DNA from: Octopus sinensis
Taxonomy: Eukaryota
DNA: 24,686 nt
Assembly (NCBI RefSeq): GCF_006345805.1
Contig: NW_021836758.1
Span: forward strand, 1 to 24,686
Direction: 5' to 3'
Positions within the stretch are counted from its first letter, which is position 1; the number at the start of each line of letters is the position of its first letter. A program made the translations under genes and the position numbers. This document shows positions 1-10,110 of this stretch, piece after piece. Under the pieces are notes generated by a model, which saw nothing but the letters and a program-made list of their open reading frames with translations, was not told the origin of the DNA and searched no databases.

Positions 1-160
1 AGAAAGAGAGACAGAGAGAGGGAGAAAGAAAGTAAGAGAGAGAGGGAGGAAGGGAGAGAGAGAGAGCAAGGGGGATAGAGTGATAGAGGAAAGGAGAAAG
101 AGGGAGGAGGGATAAAGAGAAAGACAGAGAGGGAGAGAGAGAGAGAGAGAGAGAGAAGAG
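1..160. repeat. (GA)n-rich purine microsatellite
   Basis: Imperfect AG/GA/GGA runs fill the first 160 nt. Confidence 0.95.
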
Positions 161-595
161 AATTTCACAGTTCAACAAGACCTAAGGGGTCGGCAAAACC
201 CTACAACATCACTTATCCACCAAATCCTTTATACGGTTTACAGGATCCGTATTATGGAACCAACCCTAGAGAAATTGTCATGTCCCTGCCAGGACAAGAT
301 TAAGGGTCCTTTTGACCCTATAACATCTCTTTTCATCTGTCAACCACTTCACAAAATATCAGTCATATCTGATATCTGATATCCATTAAATGAATAGCTT
401 ATCCCTTAATCCATGAGATGCTAAATCTCATTTCTATATAATACCTGGTGTAAATATTATTTTCTTCGCACAGCACTTTTTGGGATTAGCAGATATGTCA
501 TCACCATCATCAACAGACCCACCCCCCACTCCCAACATGCACCCCAACCCCACCACCACATGCCCCCCACACCCACCCCCACCATCATTACTACC

Positions 596-826
596 CATTT
601 CTTTACTACCCTCAAGGGGCTAAACACAGACAGGACAAACAAGGACAGACAAACAGATTAAGTCGATTACATCGACCCCGGTGCGAAAGTGGTCCTTAAT
701 TTATCGACCCCGAAAGGATGAAAGGCAAAGTCGACCTCGGCGGAATTTGAACCCAGAACGTAACAGCAGACAAAATACGGCTACGCATTTCGCCTGGTGT
801 GCTAACATTTCTGCCAGCTCGCCGCC
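596..826 (-). mobile_element. tRNA-derived SINE, family A1, full length with target-site duplication
   Basis: Reverse complement begins GGCGGCGAGCTGGCAGAAATGTTAGC (A-box-like) and contains GGGTTCAAATTCC (B-box-like). It matches the copies at 20283, 23720 and 24164. It is flanked by CACCATCATTACTACC (580-595) and CACCGTCATTACTACC (827-842). Confidence 0.9.
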
Positions 827-849
827 CACCGTCATTACTACCACCACTA

Positions 850-1032
850 TCTTGTAACATCTGCTTTCCATGCTGGCATGGGTTAGACGGTTTGACAGGA
901 AGCGGTAAGCCAAAGAACTGCACCAGGTTCCAGTCTGATTTGGCACTGTTTCTATGACTGGATGCCCTTCCTAACATGCCAACCACTCCAGGAGCGTAGT
1001 GGGTGCTCTTACATTCCACTGGCACAAGTGCC
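850..1032 (-). mobile_element. RTE 3'-end fragment (family C), degenerate
   Basis: Contains TTTCCATGCTGGCATGGGTTAGACGG and GGATGCCCTTCCTAAC, which match the 3' UTR of the RTE LINE at 3472-4081. Confidence 0.8.
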
Positions 1033-1079
1033 ATTTAGATGACACCAGCAACAACCACGACTATGATGATAAACAGGTA

Positions 1080-1275
1080 CAGGTGTGGCTCTGTGGTAAG
1101 AAGTTTGCATCCTAACCACGTGGTCCTGGGTTCAGACCCTCTGCATGGCACCTTGGGCAAATGCTTTCTGCTATAGCCCCAGGCTGACCAAATCCTTGTG
1201 GCTTGGTTGACAGAGACTGAAAGAAGCCCATTGTGTGTGTATATATATGTGTGTGAGTGTGTGTGTGTGTTTGTA
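1080..1275 (+). mobile_element. tRNA-derived SINE, family B, diverged 5' half
   Basis: Head GTGGCTCTGTGGTAAG...GGGTTCAGACCC and core GCACCTTGGGCAAA...CTGAAAGAAGCCC, ending in a (TG) tract. Confidence 0.8.
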
Positions 1276-1281
1276 TGTATA

Positions 1282-1629
1282 TTCTTTTTATTCTTTTATT
1301 CTTTTACTTGTTTCAGTCATTTGACTGCGGCCATGCTGGAGCACCACCTTTAATCGAGCAACTCGGCCTCGAGACTTATTCTTTGTAAGCCCAGTACTTA
1401 TTCTATTGGTCTCTTTTTGCCGAAGTGACGGGGACATAAACACACCAGCATCGGTTGTCAAGCAATGCTAGTGTGACAAACACAGACACACAAACACACA
1501 CACGCATATACATATATATACACATATATACGACGGGCTTCTTTCAGTTTCCGCCTACCAAATCCACTCACAAGGCTTTGGTCGGCCCGAGGCTATAGTA
1601 GAAGACACTTGCCCATGGTGCCATGCAGT
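1282..1629 (-). mobile_element. SINE family B, 5'-truncated
   Basis: Reverse complement of the family B body and tail (GCTCCAGCATGGCCGCAGTCAAATGACTGAAACAAGTAAAAGAATAAAAG). Confidence 0.9.
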
Positions 1630-1738
1630 ATATATACAGAGAGATTGAGAGACAGAAGCAGAGATAGATAAATAATAAAATAGATATGCACATTTATATA
1701 CATACATTCACATAAACAAATATATATAAACAAACATA

Positions 1739-2170
1739 CAGGAGTGGCTGTGTGGTAAGTAGCTTGCTAACCAACCACATGGTTCCAGATTCAGTCCCAC
1801 TGCGTGACACCATGGGCAAGTGTCTTCTGCTATAGCCTCAGGCCGACCAATGCCTTGTGAGTGGATTTGGTAGACGGAAACTGAAAGAAGCCTGTCGTAT
1901 ATATGTATATATATATGTGTGTGTCTGTGTTTGTCCCCCCTAGCATTGCTTGACAACCGATGTTGTCGTATATATGTATATATATATATATGTGTTTGTG
2001 TGTCTGTGTTTGTCCCCCCTAGCATTGCTTGACAACCGATGCTGGTGTGTTTACGTCCCCGTCACTAGAACAAGTACTGGGCTTACAAAGATTAAGTCCC
2101 GGGGTCGATTTGCTCGACTAAAGGCGGTGCTCCAGCATGGCCGCAGTCAAATGACTGAAAACAAGTAAAA
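1739..2170 (+). mobile_element. SINE family B, full length with internal tandem duplication
   Basis: Head GAGTGGCTGTGTGGTAAG (A box) and GATTCAGTCCC (B-box-like). Segment 1893-1962 is repeated at 1964-2041. Tail is GACTGAAAACAAGTAAAA. Confidence 0.92.
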
Positions 2171-2460
2171 AAATTTTTAAAAAACTCTTGAAGGTGTATC
2201 TATGTGTCGGGGTGTGCATGTCTATGTGTCTGAATGTCTTGGTGTCTGTGTGTCCATGTGCATGTGAGTGTGTGTATGTGTCTGCCCCTCACAGTGAGAT
2301 GTGATTTACTTTAATATTTATAACCGTAAACAAATCTAATAGAAACAAGTAAAGAACTGTGTCAGATATGATGGGTAGGGTTGGGCATGGCAGGAACATC
2401 AGCTAAAGCTGTCAGATATTTATTGCATACACAGGTGTATACTCACATATCTATTTGTGT

Positions 2461-2494
2461 GTGTATATATACATATATATATATCATATATATA

Positions 2495-2528
<34 letters not shown>

Positions 2529-2706
2529 CTGCTCGCTTAGCCGCGGGTGGCGTCTTTTAAGGTTAAAACATGCGAACGCATTGTGACCAGCGATGTGTAT
2601 CTAGCAACATCTGATAGCCTGGTCGGTCACAGTGATATATATAATATATATATAAATATATATATATATACTATATATATAGATAGATAGATAGATAGAT
2701 AGATAT

Positions 2707-2740
<34 letters not shown>

Positions 2741-2780
2741 GATAGATATATAGATAGATAGATAGATAGATAGATAGATT
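2461..2780. repeat. (TA)n and (TAGA)n microsatellites enclosing a 110-bp CpG-containing island (2526-2635)
   Basis: Simple repeats are directly visible. The island is probably a fragment of another interspersed repeat, which I cannot assign. Confidence 0.85.
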
Positions 2781-3466
2781 CAGATGAATATGGTACTAAG
2801 TTGAGGTACCAGAATTTAGTACGGTATTATCCTTACGATTTCAAAATAAGTAACAAGGATTTCCAGAGGTAATGCAGTATGATCGTTTCAAGCAACTCCA
2901 TTTAATTGAATAATGCAATTATTATACATCAATTTAAAATGCAGAGCAATCCTCAGCTGCATAAAGACAAAATTTAATTAAATTAAAACAGATGGACACA
3001 TTAGTATAATTTTACCTAAAAGTAGCTTCTAAGCTGAAGTGAAGACAGCATATTCTTTGTCTGTGTCCTTACTTTCTTGGTGATTTTAGGTAAAGTTATA
3101 CTAATGTGTCCATTAATTTAATTAAATTCTACGTCTTTGTGCAGCTGAGGATTGTTCGTCCATTCTATATATATATATATTTCAAATTAATAATAAAAGG
3201 GTAAAATTAATTAATTAATCAATCAATTAATTAATAATTTTACAAAGTAGATCAGTACGTTAAAATAACCTTTATAGGTAAAATTATACAAATATTCTAT
3301 AATTATAAACATAATTATAATTAGGGGTCAGCTAATTGCTTCACCACATACCGAATTTAGATATAGGAGTTAAGGAACTTTTAACTCCTATTTCTAAATT
3401 TGGTATGTGGTGAAGCAATTAGTTGAGCCCTAATTATAATTATGTTTATAATTATAGAATATTTGT
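2781..3466. mobile_element. AT-rich fold-back element or cluster with two long palindromes (putative non-autonomous DNA element)
   Basis: Inverted arms 2947-3021 and 3084-3154. Near-perfect palindrome 3288-3466 with a 7-nt loop. No ORF. Bounded by (TAGA)n on the left and an RTE tail on the right. Confidence 0.55.
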
Positions 3467-3471
3467 GTATA

Positions 3472-5318
3472 TCATCATCATCATCGTTTAACGTCCACTT
3501 TCCATGCTAGCATGGGTTGGACGATATTGACTGAGGGCTGGCGAACCAGATGGCTACACCAGGCTCCAATCTTGATTTGGCAGAGTTTCTACAGCTGGAT
3601 GCCCTTCCTAATGCCAACCACTCTGAGAGTGTAGTGGGTGCTTTTTACGTGCTACCGGCATGGGGGCCAGTCAGGCGGTACTGGCAATGGACCTCGCTCA
3701 GATACTTTTACACATGCCCCCAGCATGGAAGCCAGTTGGCTGCTCTGGCAACGATCATGCTCGGATGGTGCTCTTAGCACCCTACTAGCACGGGTACAAG
3801 TGCCAGTAAGGCGACGCTGGTAACGATCACGCTCGAATGGTGCCCTTTGAGTGCCACTGGCACGTAAGTCAGTTAGCCACTCTGTCAATACTCATGCTCA
3901 TATGGTGCTCTTTGCACCCGGCCCATGGACGCCAGTCATCGAATTTGATTTTGATTTTGATTAATTTGATTTCACTTGCCTCAACAGGTCTTCGCAAGCA
4001 GAGTTTTAGTGACCAAAGAAGGAAAAGGTTACGCATAAGTGGGCTGGTTACGCCCCTGGCATAGGCCATGAGATTATGGTTTCATTTGGCTTGCCGGGTC
4101 TTCTCATGCATGGCATATTTCCAAAGGTCTCGGTCGCTAGTCATTTCTTTGGTGAGGCCTAAAGTTTGAAGGTCGTGCTTCACCACTTCATCCCAAGTCT
4201 CCCTGGGTCTACCTCTTCCACAGGTTCCATCAACCGCTAGGGTGTGGCACTTTTTCACACAGCTGTCCTCGTCCATTCTCGCCACATGACCATACCAGCG
4301 AAGTCGTCTCTCTTGCACACCACATCTGATGCTTCTTAGGTCCAACTTGTCTCTCAAAGTACTTACACTCTGTCGAGTATGCACACTGACATTACACATC
4401 CATCGGATCATACAGGCTTCATTCCTTGCGAGCTTACGCATGTCCTCAGCAGTCACAGCCCATGTTTCACTGCCATGTAGCATAGCTGTTCATACACATG
4501 CGTCATACAGTCTACCTTTTACTCTGAGCGAGAGGCCCTTTGTCACCAGCAGAGGTAAGAGCTCTGAACTTTGCTCAAGTTATTCTTATTCTAGCAGCTA
4601 CACTTTCAGCGCACCCTCCTCCGCTACTGACTTGGTCACCTGGGTAATGGAAGCTATCAACTACTTGTAGTTTTTCTCCCTGGAATGTGGCAGAAGTTGT
4701 TCTCTGCGCATTTTCAGTGCTTATTGCTCTCAAGCATCTGCCACATACAAAAACTATCTTCCCCGTTAGCCTTCCTTTGATATTGCTGCACCTCTTATGT
4801 GTCCATAGCTTACACTGGGTACATCTTATAGAGTTTCTACCTATGCCTTTTCTACATATCGAGCAGGGCCATCTACCTGAAGGCGTTTGTGATTTGTCTA
4901 CCTTCCTACATATTAGGACTTTGGTTTTAGCTAGGTTGATTCTAAGGCCCTTCAATTCTAATCCTTGTTTCCACACTTGAAACTTCGCCTCTAGTTCTGA
5001 TAGTGACTCAGCAATTAGAGAAAGCATAGAGGAGCTCCTAGAGGCATCCTGTCTTGAATTCCTCCATTATTGCCTGGAAGACTATGATAAATAGGAGGGG
5101 GCTGAGGACTGAACCTTGGTGGACCCCAACCTCTACCTTGAATTCTTCAGTGTACTCGTTGCCAACCCTCACCTTCCTAACTCGTCCCTGTACATGGCTT
5201 GCACAGCTCTCACTAACCATTCATCTATCCCTAGTTTTCCTCATTGACCACCAGATAAGGGATCGGGGGACCTGCAAAGGCTTTTCTCCATGTCAACGAA
5301 AGCCAGGTACAGGGGCTT
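3472..5318 (-). mobile_element. RTE-clade LINE, 5'-truncated and inactivated (RT region, Cys/His finger, C-terminus, 3' UTR, (GAT)n tail)
   Basis: Minus-strand peptides KPLYLAFVDMEK, RVPRSLIWWSMRKLG, VGVHQGSVLSPLLFIIV and LHGSETWAV...RLRWYGHVARM...GRGRPRETW are typical of RTE ORFs. The YADD motif is destroyed (ELLYA followed by a small deletion near 5020), with stops and frameshifts. The 3' UTR 4081-3472 ends GGACGTTAAACGATGATG. Confidence 0.95.
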
Positions 5319-5377
5319 TATCTATATATTTACGTGTTTGTCTTATATATATATATATATATAATATATATATATAT

Positions 5378-5705
5378 ATTTATATTATATTGAGGGTACT
5401 ATTATTCATAGTACCGCACGCTAAGAGGGACCAATGCGGTCAAAAACTACTAAATAACCAAATTTTACCGAATGCAAAACTTCAAAGCATGCGGTAAAAT
5501 TTTGCATTCGGTAAATTTTTCGTTTATTTTAGTAGTTTTGACCGCATTGGTCCCTCTTATGTGCGGTACCTATGAATAATAGTACCCTCAATATAATATA
5601 AATAAATATTTTCAAAGTGGAAAAATTTACGGATTTTTTCTCTTACGAGGTTTTTCACGCTAACTACAGATAATTTCTTATAAAGATTTTATCCTCAATT
5701 GTAAT
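5378..5705. mobile_element. Fold-back element: 226-bp palindrome plus ~100-bp extension, flanked by (TA)n
   Basis: Arms 5378-5479 and 5500-5603 are near-complementary (GAGGGTACTATTATTCATAG.../...CTATGAATAATAGTACCCTC). (TA)n tracts lie on both sides. Confidence 0.65.
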
Positions 5706-5734
5706 ATATATATATATATATAATATATACATAC

Positions 5735-5785
5735 GGCAGTGCTCCAGCATGGGCACAGTCAAACAACTAAAACATATAAAAGGAA
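5735..5785 (+). mobile_element. SINE family B tail fragment
   Basis: GGCAGTGCTCCAGCATGGGCACAGTCAAA matches the family B 3' end. Confidence 0.6.
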
Positions 5786-5799
5786 TATATATGCCTCTA

Positions 5800-5967
5800 T
5801 CTGTCCACTCTGCCTGGTGGTTGGTGTTAGGAAAGGCACCCAGCTGCAAGAATTCTGCCAAAACTGACATAGAAGTGAGGTGCAGGCTCCTACCTGGCCA
5901 GCCCGTCAACCTGTCCAACCCATGCCCGCATGGGAGGATGTTAAACGATGATGATGATGATGGTGAT
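5800..5967 (+). mobile_element. RTE 3'-end fragment (family C), diverged
   Basis: GTGGTTGGTGTTAGGAAAGGCACCCAGCTG...GTCCAACCCATGCC...GTTAAACGATGATGATG. Confidence 0.85.
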
Positions 5968-5989
5968 TATATCTGTATCTATCTATCCA

Positions 5990-6148
5990 TCCATACACAC
6001 ACATATACATGCACACATACCCATTTACATACACACGCATCTATCTTTGCTTCAAAGGTATACATACACATGTAGGAATGAAATTATACATTACCCACAT
6101 GCATGCCTTCCCAAATATACCAACACCATGTGTACAAACACACACACA

Positions 6149-6184
<36 letters not shown>

Positions 6185-6584
6185 CACAAACATGAAAAAA
6201 AGAAAATAACAAGCTCCCCAACCCGAAACAAACACAACATCCCTCTCCGCCTCACCATAAGAAACCCATACAGAAAATCCTTGTTGTTATTTTACGCGCC
6301 ATTTGGAAGGCCCCCCATCCTCACCAGATGGAGGGGCCTAGGGGGGTTTTTCGTTGTTCATCTGTTTGTATATATATATATATATATATATACATATCGT
6401 AGTGATATCACACACTGGTCGCTGGTGATATCAGAATCCCCTGTGAAATATCTGCTGTGAAGAATAACGAGGAAGCATTCAGTGAGGAGATGCGAGGGTT
6501 TCCCCTTCAACGCATAAAGTGGGGAAAAAAAATAGATGTGTATTTTTACATGTGTGTGAATGTCTGTGTGTGTACTATTATCCT

Positions 6585-6616
<32 letters not shown>

Positions 6617-6699
6617 TATACGGACATACATACATATCTATGTATATAAATGTGTATATACATACATATATATACACATGCTTGTACACACATATATGC

Positions 6700-6748
<49 letters not shown>

Positions 6749-6909
6749 CACACACATACAGATATACATACATATCTATATGTATATAAATGTGTATATA
6801 CATACATACATACATATATATATACACACACATACATGTACACACATATATATATACATATATGTATGTGTGTATATATTATGTGTATATTATGTATGTG
6901 TATATATAT

Positions 6910-6952
<43 letters not shown>

Positions 6953-7200
6953 ATGTATGTACACAGACATACAATACCTACACATGTACACAGACACTCA
7001 CCCTATATAGTGTGTGTGTGTGTGTGTAATATATACACACACACATGCATATATACATATATATAAAGATAGACTCAAGCACACACACAAACACCTAAGC
7101 CACACACACACACCATATAATTATATTATATATATAATATATATATATATATATAACGTATCTATATCTAAACCCCACATATACACCCTCTCCCCACACA
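5990..7200. repeat. Compound (CA)n/(TA)n/(TACA)n microsatellite field, interrupted by a unique island at ~6200-6585
   Basis: Directly visible. It contains a ~140-bp higher-order duplication (CATACATATCTATGTATATAAATGTGTATATACATACATA near 6630 and 6770). Confidence 0.92.
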
Positions 7201-7699
7201 TAATCTCTGATATTCCAATAATTATCAAATGTACCAAGTGTTCAACAAACACACCATTTCAAACAAAACTCTCTGTGCTATTCACCGAATTCTTCCCTCC
7301 ACTAGCACCAAGGCGTTCTCCAATCCCTCCGCTAGCACCAAGGGTTTCTCCATTCTAACCCTTTACACCTTTTTAATCCTTGTAACAAACCCCCCCCACA
7401 AAAACAGCCATAAAAAAACGACAATATAATCTTCAGATGTTATTAAGAATGTGGCGCTGCACGTTAGTTAACTGTTTTTCCCTTTCATTCTGTAGTTTTC
7501 TTGAAGGTGTTTTTACCATTTTTTCTGCAGATTGTTTTTCGTTTTACTTTGTTCTGCTTCTTACCGTTCTTCCATGGATTTCCAGGAATTGATATATCTC
7601 GTTGGTTTTCTCTTCTGTTTTTTTTTTGTTTCTTTATTCCTTTTTCGCTTCCGTGTTCTTCCACTTGGATTGGATTGCACAATTCACAGCAAACTGCAG

Positions 7700-8395
7700 A
7701 CCATTTCACACATGCATGCATGCATGTATGCACACACATACATACACATATATATATATGTATACATATATATATATACATGTATACATATAAATACATG
7801 TGTGAACATACACACACATATATACATACTTACGCATATACATACATACACAGGCAAGCATACATATACACACATACAAACACGCATACACATACAAGTA
7901 TATATACACACACATACATTCACATACATATGTACATATACACACACATACATATACTTACATGCACACAAACACAGACACATGCATATACACTCACATA
8001 TATACACATACGAGCATACATACACTCATACACACACACACACAAATACACATATACATACACAAGCATACACACACACATACATATACACATGCAAGTA
8101 TACATATACACACATACATACACACGCATACGTATAACTACATGCACACACGCGTGCGCATACACACGCATGCATGCATGCAGACCCACACATCTAGATG
8201 TTGCCACTCATGTGTAGATGGAGTCTGGCATGTTTCTGTAAATCTTTGGTTTTTCTTCTGGGAAATAAAATGGAAGAAAGGAAGGAAGGAAGGAAAGAAG
8301 GAAGGAGGGAAGAACAGAAGGAAAAGAAGGAAAGAAGAACAGAAAGAGAGAAGGAAAAGGAGGAAGGAAAGGAAGAATGAAGTCGGAGAGCCGGT
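7700..8395. repeat. (CA)/(TA) compound microsatellite followed by a (GAAG)n-like purine tract
   Basis: Directly visible. Confidence 0.92.
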
Positions 8396-8399
8396 AGAA

Positions 8400-8545
8400 T
8401 CATTTGCACACTGCGCGAAATGCTTACCAGCATTTTGTCTGTTTTAATGTTCTGAGTTCAAATCCTGTTGAGGTCAACTTTGCCTTTTACCCTTCTAGGG
8501 TCACTGAAATAGTGTACCAGTTGAACACTGGGGGTCAGTGTAATC
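8400..8545 (+). mobile_element. SINE family A fragment, diverged
   Basis: GCGAAATGCTTACCAGCATTT...GTTCTGAGTTCAAATCC...GAGGTCAACTTTGCCTTT...TACCAGTTGAACACTGGGGGTCA. Confidence 0.75.
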
Positions 8546-9310
8546 ATCATCTGCCTGTTGGCTCTTCTCCTGCAACTCAACTTGATTTCGAGCCGGGTCG
8601 TCTGCTGCTGCTGGAGAGGACCGACCAGATAAAGGACCTGGGTATCTTGGTGGATTCTTCCTTTTCGCCTTCGGCCCAGTGCATCCATGCTGCCAACAAA
8701 GCACGCGGAATTCTGTTTTTGATTCGACGGTCATTCGGAATGCTCACAGCAGCCATATTCCTACCACTCTATGTCACGCTGGTGAGACCCATATTAGAGT
8801 ACAGGATTCAAGCCTCTTCTCCTTATCTCCTCAAAGACATACAGCATCTCGAAAGAGTCCAGAAGCTGGCTACCCGCATGGTTCTTGGTCTCAAGCGTTT
8901 GTCTTATGAAGAAAGGCTGAAGACGCTCGACCTTTATTCTCTAGAAAAACGACAACACCGTGGTGATGTCATTCTCGCTCACAACATCATAAGCGGAAAG
9001 TGTAACCTTTAGAAAGAGCTGTTCTTCACTCCTGCTCCAGAGTGTAGGCTGCGGGGTCACTCCGAAAAGCTCTATCTGCGACATTTTCATCTCAATCGAA
9101 GGAGAGGGGCTATCTCCGTCCGGGTTGCGGATCCGTGGAATAAGCTGCCGGACGAGATAGTGAAGATGCCGACGACCACTCGGTTCAAAGTCTCTCTTGA
9201 CCAGAAATGGCCTGAACTCTTTGCATGAACACCCTCCCTGTACATCACTCCATGTCCCCCTACATGGCCTTGCATTTTGCTTTTTGAGCCAAAAAATTAA
9301 CTTAACTAGA
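8546..9310 (+). mobile_element. CR1-group LINE 3' end (RT C-terminal region plus 3' UTR), inactive
   Basis: Peptide IKDLGILVDSSFS...LYVTLVRPILEY...LERVQKLATRMV.GLKRLSYEERLKTLDLYSLEKR..RGDVI, an in-frame TAG at 9010-9012, then LRGHSEKL...RVADPWNKLP to TGA at 9226-9228. These motifs are characteristic of CR1-group ORF2 C-termini. Confidence 0.92.
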
Positions 9311-9385
9311 TTACCTCCCACAAAACTTCTTACCTCTCACAAAACGTCAGTCCTTGTGCTTATAGTAGAAAGAATCTTTATCCTA

Positions 9386-9810
9386 CCCAGGAAGACGAGG
9401 GATGAAATGGTGAGAAAGGACCCTTTCAGACATAGGGACCTCACTGAGGAGGTGACAAGGGACCAAGACTTCTGGTGACTTGCTGTGCTTGAGAAGACAT
9501 GTCAAGCTTAATAAAAACTGTGCCCATCCCTACATAGAGGCATGTCGTTTAAGGTCATGGCCCTACACTCCCTGTCTTAGCTGAGAGGTCTTTGTCTTGT
9601 GGGCTTGTGGGTGCTGGTGCCATGTAAAAGGCACATGTGCCAGTGCCATGCAAGGAGCACCTGTGCTGGTGATGTGTTACAAAGCACCTGTGTCGGTTTC
9701 TTGGAAGCAAAGACAGCTGTAGGAAACTATGACAGAACAGGCAGTTGGAACCGGGTGCAGCTCTCCTTGCTGGCCAGCTTCTGTTAAACCATTGTCTGAC
9801 CCATGCCAGT
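9386..9810 (+). mobile_element. Old RTE 3'-end fragment (ORF end plus 3' UTR)
   Basis: PRKTRDEMVRKD...LTEEVTRDQDFW*LAVLEKTCQA* parallels the RTE C-terminus at 14270-14400. The UTR has GTGCCATGTAAAAGGCAC modules and ends ACCCATGCCAG before a GAT tail. Confidence 0.8.
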
Positions 9811-10013
9811 GATGATGACAGCGAAGACAATGATAATGATGATGATGACGATGATGACGACGACAATGATGACGATGATGATGACGACGATGATGACAAC
9901 AACGATGATGACGACGATGATGATGACAACGACGATGATGATGATGACGACGACAACGATGATGATGACGATGTTGATTATGACAATGTTGATGATGACG
10001 ATGTTGATGACGA
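9811..10013. repeat. Compound (GAT/GAC/AAC)n trinucleotide repeat, expanded RTE tail
   Basis: Directly follows the RTE 3' UTR, and other RTE copies in the window end in (GAT)n. Confidence 0.9.
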
Positions 10014-10110
10014 ATAATGTTACCGTCATCATCATCATTATCTCTTTACATCAGGCTTTTCATGCCAGCAAAGGTAAGCCAATTAAACACGACTCATCAG
10101 AAAGTGATAG

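Noticed and set aside
596-826. tRNA genes suggested by A-box and B-box motifs in families A and B
   Set aside because: The heads run into shared SINE bodies with tails and target duplications, and I could not fold a complete cloverleaf.
6310-6345. GC hairpin followed by CTAG, like a Helitron 3' end
   Set aside because: The hairpin abuts CTAG with no spacer, the next base is G rather than T, and no 5' TC end or second copy was found.
5948-8447. Many long H/T/Y/I- or C/V/Y/M-rich ORFs (also at 11589-13278, 15644-16792 and 21923-22627)
   Set aside because: They are translations of (CA)/(TA)/(AAT) microsatellites, which lack stop codons in several frames.
8404-9012. 202-aa ORF as a host gene
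   Set aside because: It is a chimera of a SINE fragment and a CR1-group ORF2 C-terminus, with an internal stop at 9010.
9745-10017. Asp-rich ORF resembling acidic biomineralisation proteins
   Set aside because: It starts at TTG inside an RTE 3' UTR, and the poly-Asp is the expanded (GAY)n tail of that element.
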